Assembly (NCBI GenBank): GCA_963721405.1
Contig: CAVRJA010000010.1
Coordinates: 78,393-142,392 of the forward strand
DNA: 64,000 bases
Direction of reading: 5' to 3'
Origin: an uncultured Acidobacteriota bacterium
GTDB lineage: Bacteria; Acidobacteriota; UBA6911
Shown here: positions 10,603 through 21,078 of the stretch, piece by piece
Numbering within the stretch: the first letter of the stretch is position 1
Layout of the letters: the number at the start of each line of letters is the position of its first letter
Program-made: the position numbers and the translations under genes
The notes under the pieces: generated by a model
What the model was told of the DNA's origin: nothing
Database searches by the model: none
Seen by the model: the letters and a program-made list of their open reading frames with translations, nothing else

Positions 10603-13398
10603 TTATTCCTGCCGGAGGGCGAGGACGGGATTGATCGTGGTCGCCCGGTGTGCCGGCAGATACGTCGCCGCTGCGGCTACCACGGTCATGAAAAGGGCCG
10701 CCGCAGCATAGGTGACCGGGTCGGTCGCCTCCACTCCGAAAAGGAGTGAAGATAAGTAGCGGGTTCCGGCCCAGGCGGCGCCCAGCCCCAGGACAATACC
10801 GGACATCGAGAGCAGAGCGCCTTGTCGCATCACCAGCCCCAGTACATTGGAGGGCTGCGCCCCGAGTGCCATTCTGATGCCGATCTCCCGCGTGCACTGC
10901 GCCACCTGGTACGAAAAAACGCCGTAGATGCCCACGGCAGCCAGCACGAGCGCCAGGCCGGCGAAGATCCCGAGCAGCACCGCATAGAAACGCGGCTGCG
11001 CGACTGAATTGGAAATGCGCTGCTTCAGGCTGGAGATGTTGTACATCGGGAGTTGCGGATCCAGGGAGGCCAGTTGAGCGCGGATGGCCGGGACCAACGC
11101 CATCGGATCGCCGTTGGTCCGTGCGACCAGGGTCATGGACGACATCGGTCCTTCCATCGTGAACATGCGGGAAAACTGCCTGACCGGAAGGTACATTTCC
11201 GGCATCGGCTTGGAATCGAGCCCCTGGGGCCTCACATCTGCGACGACGCCGATAATCTCGCGCTCATCCCCGAGGCTGAACTGCCGGCCTACAGGATTTT
11301 CGCCATTGAGGAAGCGCTGTACCAGCGACTCATTGACGATGGCCACCGGACTTGCGCCTTCGCGGTCCTGATCCGTGAAATCGCGTCCGTTCAAGAGCCG
11401 GATCGACATTGCCTTGATAAAGCCGGGGCTGACCAGGCGGATGCCCGCGATGGTCTGAGCAGCCGGATCCGTGCTCCGGGGCCCTCCCCGCATGGCAAAA
11501 CTCATCGCCATCATCGCGGAGGACATCGGCATGGAATTCGTCGCGCCCGCCGCCTGCACGCCCGGCAAACGTCGCACGCTGTCCAGGAGCTGGTCATAAA
11601 ATCCCAGCTGCGCCTCTGCCTGAGCATAACGGGTTCGTGGCAGACTGAGCTGCAGCGATAGAACACCTTCCGGATCGTACCCCGGTTTCTGCCGGATCAG
11701 GCGGACAAAACTGTTTGCCAGCAGTCCTGCGCCCACCAGCAGAACCAACGCCAGGGCAAACTCCACAACCACCAGGAGGCTGCGCACCTTGTTCCGCCGG
11801 AAGGGATGCAGACCCGCGGATGCCTGGGCCTCGCCCTCCTTCAGCAGGTTCATCAAATCCGTACGCGAGCTCTTGAGGGCGGGGGCAAGGCCGAACAAAA
11901 CGCCCGTGACCAGCGAGAGTGCCACTGAGAACGCGAATGCACGCAAATCGATGCTGATGTCCTCCAGGTGGGGAATATTGCCGGGAGTGAGCCGGCGGAG
12001 AAGCGTGATGCCCCAATACCCGAGAAGGAACCCTGCCATCCCTCCCAATAATCCGAGGAGCACGCTTTCCGTCAGCATCTGCCGGATGATCCTCATGCGT
12101 CCGGCGCCCATCGACACACGGATAGCGATCTCCTTCTGACGGTCGACGGCGCGGGACAGGAGCAGGTTGGCGACATTGGCGCACGCGACCAGCAACACCA
12201 GACCGACTGCGACAACCAGGACCAGGAGTGCGGGCCGGACCTGCCTCATCGACTGTTCGCGAAGCGTCGTCAACTGAACCGAACCGCTGGTAACCATAAA
12301 ACCGGAGCCGGCCCCCGGCCCCGCCCCCCGCGTCCCTTCGGAGGGCGTTTGCCCCGGGCCTGCCATCCTCATGACTTGCCGTTGCTCGGGTCCCTCGCCC
12401 CGCCCGGGCAATCCCGGTTGCGGCCCCGGTGATTCCTGAGTTTCCGGCCCGGCACGGAACACTCGCTGCATTCCCCTTTGCCTGGGCTGACCCGGCGAAG
12501 TCAGCTCCTTGCCCGGCGTCTTTCGCGCGGGCAGGTCCATCTCCGTATCAGGCGGACGCATCATTTTCTTTATTTCCGCCGCGGCCCCGGGACGAGGCGG
12601 TTCCCCTTCCCGAGCCGGACCGCCGGCGCCCCGAGCGGATGGTTGCATGAAGCCGTCGGATCGGCGCTGCAGCAACGTCGAGCCCTCCGCCTGCGCCTGG
12701 GCGATGGTCGCACCCGGCCTGAGCCTTGCGACGGCAGGGGCCATCATGATGCGGTGGACAGTGGCCGACTGCAGTGGCGGTTCGAGTACGAGCGGCGCCC
12801 AGTATTCGGCCTGGTTGTTGGGGAATTCGAATTCCGGCCGCATGATTCCCACCACGGCGTAATCGTTGCCGTCGAGCTTGATGTAGCTGTTGAGAACGCC
12901 TGGAGCCTTGCCGAATCGGTTCGCCCACGTGTTGTAACTCAGCATCACGACCCGGTTACTCCCCGCTTTTTCCTCCTCTTCACGCAGGAACCGGCCCATC
13001 AACGGTTGCACGCGCAACAGGGGAAACAAAGCAGGCGAGACCCGCGCCCCATTCAGGCGCACCGGTTCGGACACTCCGGTGAGGGTCGTCGTATCGTTGA
13101 CGTACATGGCCATCTGCTCGAACATCCTGGTAGCAGAGCGCCAGGTCTGAAAATCATCGGACGAAATCGCGGCGGTCCGCTTGGGGAGGCCCGCCACCTC
13201 GCGAGTCTGATCGATGGTGACGATGCTATTGGGATCCTGGTAAGGCGGCGGCGTCAGCAGGAGCGTGTTCACCACACTGAAGATCGCGACATTCGGCCCG
13301 ATCCCGAGCGCCAGGGCCAGGACGGCAATGATCGCAAATCCCGGATTTCGTGCCAGCATTCTCACCGCCTGGCGCACGTCCTGAAAGAAGGTCTCCAT
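10603..13398 (-). CDS. MacB/FtsX-type ABC transporter permease (ADOP-like, duplicated)
   Basis: ALALGIGPNVAIFSVV, LLVACANVANLLL, RQKEIAIR, REIGIRMALGA, INPVLALRQE. Confidence 0.92.
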   Translation of the reverse strand: METFFQDVRQAVRMLARNPGFAIIAVLALALGIGPNVAIFSVVNTLLLTPPPYQDPNSIVTIDQTREVAGLPKRTAAISSDDFQTWRSATRMFEQMAMYVNDTTTLTGVSEPVRLNGARVSPALFPLLRVQPLMGRFLREEEEKAGSNRVVMLSYNTWANRFGKAPGVLNSYIKLDGNDYAVVGIMRPEFEFPNNQAEYWAPLVLEPPLQSATVHRIMMAPAVARLRPGATIAQAQAEGSTLLQRRSDGFMQPSARGAGGPAREGEPPRPGAAAEIKKMMRPPDTEMDLPARKTPGKELTSPGQPRQRGMQRVFRAGPETQESPGPQPGLPGRGEGPEQRQVMRMAGPGQTPSEGTRGAGPGAGSGFMVTSGSVQLTTLREQSMRQVRPALLVLVVAVGLVLLVACANVANLLLSRAVDRQKEIAIRVSMGAGRMRIIRQMLTESVLLGLLGGMAGFLLGYWGITLLRRLTPGNIPHLEDISIDLRAFAFSVALSLVTGVLFGLAPALKSSRTDLMNLLKEGEAQASAGLHPFRRNKVRSLLVVVEFALALVLLVGAGLLANSFVRLIRQKPGYDPEGVLSLQLSLPRTRYAQAEAQLGFYDQLLDSVRRLPGVQAAGATNSMPMSSAMMAMSFAMRGGPRSTDPAAQTIAGIRLVSPGFIKAMSIRLLNGRDFTDQDREGASPVAIVNESLVQRFLNGENPVGRQFSLGDEREIIGVVADVRPQGLDSKPMPEMYLPVRQFSRMFTMEGPMSSMTLVARTNGDPMALVPAIRAQLASLDPQLPMYNISSLKQRISNSVAQPRFYAVLLGIFAGLALVLAAVGIYGVFSYQVAQCTREIGIRMALGAQPSNVLGLVMRQGALLSMSGIVLGLGAAWAGTRYLSSLLFGVEATDPVTYAAAALFMTVVAAAATYLPAHRATTINPVLALRQE

Positions 13399-13506
13399 GA
13401 TTACTCCTCCGGTCCCGGATTGGATATGGGTCCCGCGCCACGATTAAGATACTTCTATTACGGCATATCACTCGAGTAGTTGCCAGAAATATCCCACGCC
13501 GCGTCC

Positions 13507-14079
13507 CTACTTGCGATAGTCAAGAGGGGGCTTGCGGTCGCCGATCACGGGCTTATAGGTGAAGTCGCTTCGGCGCTGGTCGAATTCCGTGCGCGCCTTC
13601 TCGATGTGAGCCGGATCCTGGAAAAGTTCCACGCCGGTGAGAGCCATTGTCTTCGCGGCGACTATCATGCCTTTGATTCCGATCGACATGCCGTCGCATG
13701 CGGTCGCCTGCCAGGTGTGCGCGGATGTGCCGGGCACCCAGGTGGCCGTCGTGAACTCGGTGGTAGGCACATTCCAGCTCACATCCCCCAGGTCCGTAGA
13801 TGCGGGGGTGAGGTCCGTCTCCGGCGGCAGTATCTGCGCCTCCGATCCCAGGGGTTGAGCCGGGCTGAGCATGGTCTTGCGCAGCGCCTCGGCAAAAGCG
13901 CGCTCCTCGTCCGTGTACTTGACACCGCCGACGCGCTGGAGGTTCCTGGTCTGCATTTCGGCAAGGTAGCCATTGGGGAGCAGGTAGCATCTTTGAGCCA
14001 TGGGCCCCATCCGTGGGTATTTCAAGACCCCCGCTTTGAAGGTGGCGCTTGACGCTTCCGAGCCGGCCCAGAATAGCAC
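13507..14079 (-). pseudogene. C-terminal remnant of an AbgB-like M20 amidohydrolase
   Basis: STDLGDVSWNVPT, PGTSAHTWQ, KGMIVAAK, RKPPLDYRK; N-terminal catalytic half missing. Confidence 0.75.
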
Positions 14080-14274
14080 CGGTTACCGCACGGGGCAACC
14101 AAGACCAGGGACGGCCTGGATCGCAAGATGAGTCGTTCCGTATTGTATAGACGGGAGTCGTGGTGTCTAATTCCCATAGTGTAACGTACCGCCTCCAGGA
14201 GGTGCGACACGACGAATCAGACCGGAACAATTGGCAGGCTTTCCCCCGATTAACAAACTCAAGGAGGCAGACTC

Positions 14275-14814
14275 ATGATCAGGAAAGTGTTAGGGCTGGC
14301 GATGCTGCTGGCAATTGCTGCGGCTGCCTTGGCCCAGCAACCGGTCGCGCCCCAGACGCAATTGAAAGTCGGCGACATTGCTCCTGACTTCACGCTGACG
14401 GACAACAACCGGAACCAGGTCAAGCTGAGCGATTTCAGGGGCAAGAAGAACGTGATTCTTGCTTTTTACGTGCTTGCGTTCACAGGCGGCTGAGAGCGTG
14501 AGTTGAAGCAATATCAGGCTGATATTGCAAAGTTCGAGGCTTCCGACACACAAGTGCTCGGCATCAGCGTTGACAGCGGTCCGGCCAATGCGCACTGGGC
14601 CAAGGAGCTCGGCGTGACTTTCCCGGTGCTCAGCGATTTCAAACGCACCGTAGTCAAGGAGTATGGCATTTACAACGAGTCTCAAGGGTACGCCAATCGC
14701 GCTACTTTCGTGGTAGACAAGCAGGGAATCATCCGCAAAATCGAACAAGGCAACACTGCGATTGATCCCAGCGGCGCTTATGAGGCGTGCAGCGTGCTCG
14801 ACAGGAAGAAGTAG
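14275..14814 (+). CDS. Selenocysteine-containing AhpC/TSA (peroxiredoxin-like) protein with signal peptide
   Basis: Two track ORFs are in frame across TGA 14491-14493 ([17 protein letters not shown]). The TGA is at the peroxidatic Cys position; GISVDS, FPVLSD and [10 protein letters not shown] follow. Confidence 0.85.
14494..14540 (+). promoter_or_regulatory. Bacterial SECIS-like hairpin
   Basis: gcaatatca-ggc-tgatattgc stem-loop (14508-14528) with a G-containing apical loop, starting about 15 nt after the UGA. Confidence 0.65.
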
Positions 14815-15178
14815 CACTCATTCCAACGGGGGATTCTTCACTTTCCGGGGATCACGGACAGGAAGGAAAGGCTGTCGCTGCCGCAGATCTCGGCGGCCAA
14901 GAGCGGGCCACTGGATCGAATCTCGTCCCGTCCTCCCGCCAGGCCCGCCGTTGCAGGGATCCATTGATACAGCAGAGCCACACGCTGTTCACCGGGTGCG
15001 AGGTCTGCCGTATAGACTCCCAGAGAATCTCTCTCCAACGTCTGAATCGCAGTTCTCTCTCCATGGAGATGGTTGTGACTGGCATTTCTGCTATATTCTG
15101 CATGCGCACATGCCAAGCACGATGGTGACCTCCAGCGTTAGAACCAACTCGAATGGCTGATTTCTCTGAGGACGGCAT

Positions 15179-15508
15179 ATGGAAATTTGTGATGTGCCTT
15201 TTTGTACTACCGACTGGTCCACTATTCTGCCGACGGAACATCCCGGTGAGCGAGGGATTGCCTACTGGCGCACCCTGGAAGCCGGCAATATTCGCGTGCG
15301 AATGGTGGAATACAGCGCAGGTTACGTTGCGAATCATTGGTGCGAGCGTGGACATGTCCTCCTCGTGCTCGAAGGCGAACTGACGACCGACCTGAAGAAC
15401 GGCGAATCCTTCGTCCTCAAGCCGGGGAGCAGCTACCAGGTTGCCGACAAAGCAGCGCCCCACCGTTCGCGAACGGAAAAGGGCGCAAAGCTCTTCATCG
15501 TGGATTAA
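15179..15508 (+). CDS. DHCW-motif cupin fold protein
   Basis: TEHPGERGIAYWRT, ANHWCERGH, PHRSRTEKGAKLFIVD. Confidence 0.88.
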   Translation: MEICDVPFCTTDWSTILPTEHPGERGIAYWRTLEAGNIRVRMVEYSAGYVANHWCERGHVLLVLEGELTTDLKNGESFVLKPGSSYQVADKAAPHRSRTEKGAKLFIVD

Positions 15509-15581
15509 TGTGGTTCGCAGGGCATCGCTGCGAACCTCAGGCTTCTGCTGGAAACGCAGCAGCTGCCGCGGGGCATATGCT

Positions 15582-18500
15582 TCAGCGCGACACCAGGGGC
15601 AGAGGCGTTCCCGTCGAGGAAAAAAACTTCAATCCGCTCAGTGATGATCCTGCGCCGGGATTGAGTATTATGAACTCTGACAGATACCCGCCGCCATCGG
15701 CCAGATGCGGGAAGAAGAGGCTGCTCGCCGCCCCAAGCCGCGTAAGGTCGAGCACTGGCAATGTGGACAGAAGGAATCTGTCCGCCGCATTCGTGGAACG
15801 CATTGCCATTGTGGCCACCGGAACATTGGATTCGAGGAGCAGGGTGCCGCGGAAGCCCTGCGGCAAATCCGGTACCAGCTCCGATGCAAAGAGCGAGGTT
15901 TGATGCGCCGGATCCAGCGAAAAGGTTCGGACGGTGCCGCGCGCCTCCCCCTGCAGGTTCGCTGCTGTCACCGTCAGAGCTGCGGGCTGGGTCCCGGGAT
16001 TTACGAGCGCCACCCCGGCATCGTGATTGTTGCGCCGGTCGACATAAACCCGAATTCGTGGCGACGGCTCGGCGGGAGGAACGCCGGTGGTGGCCACGAT
16101 TCTCCCGCCCTGCGAAAAAGCGAAGATCGCGCCGGCGGTTGGCGCCCGCAGAGGGCTGTCGGGACGGACTATGACAAAGCCGGTGCGGGGAGTCGCGGAA
16201 ATGCTGTTGGTGGTGACCACGAGGCTTCCGTCCGGCTCCAGGCGATAGGGAACGTTCCCCCCCGAAGCTCCGCTGATACCCAGATCAAGTTCCCGCCCGT
16301 CGGGATCGCGGAACTCGAGTCTCCCCGAGAGCGCAGTGGAGCCGGGATTAACCAGAAGAACATCGGTGGTGTACCCGCCGCCGGCGGCGACCTGCGGGAG
16401 ATACAGGGAGTTCGCCTGTGGCGGCGAGTCAAGGTTCGCTACCGGTTCGGTGGTGATCAGGAATTCTCCGGCCTCATTCAAAAGCGTGCGCAGCGCCACA
16501 ACCGCAATCGGCGTGTTCGACCGCACCGTGATGCTGCCTTTGAATTGCGGCGGCAGAATCGCTCCGGGGAAGAGGTCCCGGACAAAACGCGCCATCTGAT
16601 TGTGGGCAGCCAGGCTTTGAGGCCCGCTCGCCACCAACTTCCCGGCGGCGTCGCGCAGCTCGACCGTAATAACGGCAGCCGCAGCCGGCGCGGCAATCCC
16701 GACGCCGGTATTGACGGCAGGCGAGATTTCGGCGAAGCAGCGGGCGCGCAGGACGGGTTCGGTGGCAGGGACGGCAGCCTCGCTGACCACCTTGCCGTTG
16801 GCGCGCACGGTCATGATGAGCGTGCCGGAAACGGATGGCGTCGACGATTCCAGCGCGGCGAAGCCCGTAGAAACGGGCGTTCCTTCAGATCCGCCGCTCG
16901 CGTAAGCGCGGCCGCCGTTTCCAGTGAGCGTCTCCGCAACGGACGAGAGACCGAAACGCAAGGCGGTGGACACCGAACCGCGATTTTCGGTCGCGCTCTT
17001 GTACAGAGATTCCCACCCTTGACGTATGGCGGCGATCCGGTCAATGTCCGACCGGTTGACATCCTTCTGCGCCGGCACAACCAGCACGAACGCGTGTCGA
17101 AGCGAGGTCGGCGCCGCACCGTAGGCCGGGGATCGTTCTCCGTCGCTCTCGATGATCTGCTCGATCGCTATCTCACGGGGCGTGCCGGCAACCGTGATAT
17201 TGTCGCCGGTGTATTTCCCCGTATTGAAATCAAAGTATCTGGAGCAGGGGGCCGAATCCCGGGTCTTGAGGATCGCGTAGCTCATCTGCGGCTTCGCATC
17301 CCACCAGTACTTCAGGTCTTCGACTGTGCTGATGACATACGGATCGGGTCCGGTCTCGATATGACCGCTGTGCTCAATGTAGCTGGCGCTGTAACTCATC
17401 AGGTCGGAAGTCGAGCCCGATCCCAATCTCACCCAGAAGCTCCGGAAGCGATCCTGGCTGCCGGGAGTCTGCCGCGGATCCCTGATCGCATTGTCCGACA
17501 GGCCAAATGTGGAGGCGAGGGCTTCGATCGTCCCGGTGGCGATCGGCTGGGCCTGCGTGATCAGCGTAATGGGTCCGACCTCACCCGCGGGCCGCAGTCC
17601 CATCAGGTATTGATCCAGGCGGCTGTAACGGCGGCTCTCGTCAAGCGCGGTGAAGCGGAGATTTCCTTCATCCCGCCACTCGTTCCCCTCCATAAACGAA
17701 GCTTCGGAGTTTAAAAAGTAGCTCCAGTGATCGTAATCCCGGCCGAGGAGCGACCCGGAGAAACCCTTGTTGAAACGGTAATAAACATAAGCAAGGAAGC
17801 GGTGTCCCCACTCTTCCCCGATCAGGCTCAAAACGCTGTGATTCAGGTCGCCGATCCGTTCCGTCATGTCCTGCGGGTATTTGGAGAGGGCGTTGAGGTT
17901 CACTATGCTCTGCAGCCTGCTGGCACTCCCGGTTTCGACGCCGTAATCCCGGATTGACTGGCCTGTCCCCCTGACGTCGTTGCGCACTCCAAGCGAATAG
18001 GCGAACGCATCCCCGGCGATGTCTGCCGCGACATCGCTCGCGCCGAAGATCACCAGGCCGTCGTAGTCGTCCTCGTGGGAGCGGTAGAACCTGCGCGCCA
18101 CCGCAAGAGGGTTCAACTCCATCGCCGAGTACATCTGGTAAATGGGAGCCTCCGTGAGAGCTTCCCATACGGGCGCCGAACTGAAAGGAATGTTCAGGCC
18201 CCAAGTCTGTTCTCCGTTGGAGATTCCCGTGATCCCCTCTTTGGTCTCCAGGCCGAAGTAGTGGAACTGAATGATGCCATCAGGGGACAACACCAACTGG
18301 AAGGTGTTGTATTCGGAGGTTGAAATAGCAGGCACCCACTGCCACGTGACCACGACCCGCGCGGTCGTCGCGTTGACATAAACGCCGTCGCCGGCCTCCG
18401 GATCGAGATCGGCCCACAGCGGCGCAATCCTCGGCCTTCCCAAGGTGAATGCAGACTCGGACCAGTATCCCGAGGATTCGCCGGCGCCAAAAGAAACGCT

Positions 18501-19634
18501 GCCGTTGGAGTTGACGAAAAAGGTGGTGTATTGCTGTCCGTAAAATTTAAACGCGAACGGCAGTGTGCGATAGACACAGTCATCGTCGCCGAGCTCGACC
18601 CGCTCTCCCAGGTCGGACTTGGAGCCCACGGCGCCGACGAGTACATCGTAGCTTCCCGTCACGGTCGGCCGGAATTCCAGGGATTTCTGAACGAGATCGA
18701 AGCTGCCCAGGATCAGGGACCCGTCGTCGTGAAGGACTGCGACCCCCTGGCTGTCGAAATCCGGCGGCGCCGCGATGGGAGCCTCGGGCGGGATCGATGG
18801 GAGGGAGAGCAAGTCCGTCGCACGCAAAGCCGGCAGCCTGGCGGGAAGTGTGTCGGTATAGGTGCGCTTCTGCACAAGGCCTTCCAGCTCCAGCGTGTGG
18901 AGCCTTGTGGCTTTCATGGTCTCAAACCGCGCGCTCCGGCCTAGGTCTTTGATCGGGGCCCAACTCTGCGCGCGATCCGCGGAGCGAAACAGGAGGCTGC
19001 GCTTCAAATGCGAGTGGACAGGCACCGTCAGAAGCGCATAGACCCGGTCGGGGTCCGCGGAATCGGCCGCCAGCAGGGGAGGCTCGGTCCGATTTGCCAG
19101 CGGCAGCGGCAAGCCGCCGAAGGCCGGGCGCCAACTCAATCCGGAATCGTCGGAACGATAAATTCCTTCGGCCTCGGCAGCGCAGTATAGCGATTTCCCG
19201 TCGGCGGCGCCGGTCATGGCAACCACCTGGGCAACGACCGCTGCCCCGATGGAGTGAGGGAGGCCGTGGTTGACTTCGGCCCAAAGGCTCCCGCGATCGG
19301 CGCTGCGGAAGAGCCCGTGCCGGAGTGTGGAAACAAAGACGGGGCCGCCGGGAGTCGGCGCCCACACCCTCTGTGGCTCGGCATCCCGGACGGCAAGAAC
19401 ATGCCGATGCCAGCTCGTGCCGGCGTCTTCGGAATGATACAGGCCGCGATTCGTGACGCTCCAGATGCTGCCGCTGCGGACCGGGTCCGGAGCCGAGCTG
19501 AGGACCGCGCCTGTCCCTACCGGAAGCCGCGCCATGCGTCCTTTCAACACGATAGTGCCGGTGAGGGTCAGCAGTATGGCCAGGATGATGCCAAGGAAAC
19601 GTGGGAGCTGGAAGCAGAGCCGCGAGAATCTCAT
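15582..19634 (-). CDS. Large secreted multidomain protein (BNR/Asp-box repeats, nidogen-like domain, zincin-like motif, beta-rich C-terminal repeats)
   Basis: SxDxGxxW repeats; LPFAFKFYG...NSNG...IAPLWADL; GEEWGHRF...HWS; FFPHLADGGGY repeats; start taken at MRFSRL. Confidence 0.7.
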   Translation of the reverse strand: MRFSRLCFQLPRFLGIILAILLTLTGTIVLKGRMARLPVGTGAVLSSAPDPVRSGSIWSVTNRGLYHSEDAGTSWHRHVLAVRDAEPQRVWAPTPGGPVFVSTLRHGLFRSADRGSLWAEVNHGLPHSIGAAVVAQVVAMTGAADGKSLYCAAEAEGIYRSDDSGLSWRPAFGGLPLPLANRTEPPLLAADSADPDRVYALLTVPVHSHLKRSLLFRSADRAQSWAPIKDLGRSARFETMKATRLHTLELEGLVQKRTYTDTLPARLPALRATDLLSLPSIPPEAPIAAPPDFDSQGVAVLHDDGSLILGSFDLVQKSLEFRPTVTGSYDVLVGAVGSKSDLGERVELGDDDCVYRTLPFAFKFYGQQYTTFFVNSNGSVSFGAGESSGYWSESAFTLGRPRIAPLWADLDPEAGDGVYVNATTARVVVTWQWVPAISTSEYNTFQLVLSPDGIIQFHYFGLETKEGITGISNGEQTWGLNIPFSSAPVWEALTEAPIYQMYSAMELNPLAVARRFYRSHEDDYDGLVIFGASDVAADIAGDAFAYSLGVRNDVRGTGQSIRDYGVETGSASRLQSIVNLNALSKYPQDMTERIGDLNHSVLSLIGEEWGHRFLAYVYYRFNKGFSGSLLGRDYDHWSYFLNSEASFMEGNEWRDEGNLRFTALDESRRYSRLDQYLMGLRPAGEVGPITLITQAQPIATGTIEALASTFGLSDNAIRDPRQTPGSQDRFRSFWVRLGSGSTSDLMSYSASYIEHSGHIETGPDPYVISTVEDLKYWWDAKPQMSYAILKTRDSAPCSRYFDFNTGKYTGDNITVAGTPREIAIEQIIESDGERSPAYGAAPTSLRHAFVLVVPAQKDVNRSDIDRIAAIRQGWESLYKSATENRGSVSTALRFGLSSVAETLTGNGGRAYASGGSEGTPVSTGFAALESSTPSVSGTLIMTVRANGKVVSEAAVPATEPVLRARCFAEISPAVNTGVGIAAPAAAAVITVELRDAAGKLVASGPQSLAAHNQMARFVRDLFPGAILPPQFKGSITVRSNTPIAVVALRTLLNEAGEFLITTEPVANLDSPPQANSLYLPQVAAGGGYTTDVLLVNPGSTALSGRLEFRDPDGRELDLGISGASGGNVPYRLEPDGSLVVTTNSISATPRTGFVIVRPDSPLRAPTAGAIFAFSQGGRIVATTGVPPAEPSPRIRVYVDRRNNHDAGVALVNPGTQPAALTVTAANLQGEARGTVRTFSLDPAHQTSLFASELVPDLPQGFRGTLLLESNVPVATMAMRSTNAADRFLLSTLPVLDLTRLGAASSLFFPHLADGGGYLSEFIILNPGAGSSLSGLKFFSSTGTPLPLVSR

Positions 19635-20203
19635 TTTCACCTCGATCAGGCTGGATAAAGGCCGAAATTCAACAGATGACGGATCCGTCCGTATGCTCAA
19701 GAACGGGAAGCTGAGCTTCGGAGGTTCAGTTTTCAACGATCGGATATGTGAATGATTCCGTCGCCAGGCTCTCCGGGGGAATCGCAGAGGGGTGCGAGGA
19801 CGCTTCAATATCTGACAATTTGCAGGGATTTGGCAAGGGAAAACCGCCTTGCACGGGCAAGCCGGACTGTGCTGAAGCATCCGGCCGTCGTCTGGTCGAC
19901 GGAGGTGAGCGCAGCCCGGCTTCAATCTTGATGGGTTCCGCCAGTTTTACCCGGAACCGTCATCCTTTTGGGATTCCCTTAAAAATGCGGCTCTTGGAGG
20001 CCTATGTCAGAAGATCTGAATTTACAGCATCGGGAGGGAAATCAGTCACGAGCCGTCTCTTCATCTCAACCTTCTCCTGTCACTCCTTTTGATAATGTCA
20101 TTCTTCATCCTTGTCGGACTGCGCTTTGCTTTTACAGTTCCGGCCGATCTCAAAACAAATTGGATCTTTAAAATGGCAGATAAGCTGAAACTGGAGAGAT
20201 TAT

Positions 20204-20854
20204 ATGGAGAGGGCCACTGGACGTCAAGATAGGGCTATTCGCCATTTTGAGGATGCGGTGGCCGCAAATTCCAGTGATGTGGATTCAATGTTATGGTTAG
20301 TCATGAGTTACTCCCTCTATGTCGGCAAGCCCGCCGCCGCTGATGCAATTGCGGAAAGACTCATCAGCCTGGATCCGGTTCCTGTCGGAAACCTCTTCGC
20401 ACGCGTTTGTGCCCGCTGGGCGAAGGACAATTTCTCGGGTGCGCTCGCCGTGCTCGAGGAAATGCGTGTGGGCGAACCATCACTGCGTTTTGTCAATTTT
20501 TGGCGCATCTGTGTGCTGGCTCGAATGGGCCGGAATGAAGAAGCATTAAAGGCCGTGGAAGCAACACTCGAGGAAAACACCGTGGACGGCTTTGCCCAGC
20601 TGGCTACGGTGTTCCGACACGCACTCTTAGGCGAGCGGGAAGCTCTTATCGCCTCACTGGCTGGCGCGAGCCAATCGTATTTCTGGAACGATTCTGATGT
20701 TCCCGAGTGGGCGGCTGGTTGGCTGGCGTTGGTCGGCGAGAAAGAGAAAGCGCTCGATTGGCTCGAGCACTGGGTCGACCGCGGTTCGATCAACTACCCG
20801 ATGCTCGCCCACGGAGATCCGCTGCTACAGCCCTTGCGAGGCGAGCCTCGCTAG
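20204..20854 (+). pseudogene. TPR C-terminal remnant of a TolB/TPR-type kinase or regulator
   Basis: ALDWLEHWVDRGSINYPML..DPLLQPLRGEPR resembles the kinase-TPR C-terminus; no N-terminal domain. Confidence 0.6.
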
Positions 20855-21065
20855 AGAAAGGACGAGCGCGTGGAGTCGTCGCTGTGGATTCGGCAAGTTG
20901 CTCCCGCATCTCCAGGCGGGCGTCGGCGATGTCGTGCAGGCGTTCCTTCAGGTCTTTCTCCAGGCAACGGCGCAATAGTCGCCGGATCGACTGTGGCGTA
21001 TCCACAGGCAAGGCTGACCAATCCGGCTCTCCCTTACGGTAGTGCGATAGGGTTGTGCCGATCAT
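20790..21065 (-). pseudogene. Internally deleted Ser/Thr kinase remnant
   Basis: MIGTTLSHYR start fused directly to C-lobe EPDWSALP...RRCLEKD..ERLHDIADAR. Confidence 0.7.
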
Positions 21066-21078
21066 GAGATGGCCTCGG

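Noticed and set aside
14491-14493. Nonsense mutation/pseudogene
   Set aside because: The stop sits at the catalytic Cys position with a SECIS-like hairpin, so Sec recoding is more parsimonious.
15705-17714. 669-aa plus-strand ORF and similar long shadow ORFs (1314-2429, 6102-7346, 12478-13479)
   Set aside because: Antisense to well-supported genes; typical of high-GC codon bias; no motifs.
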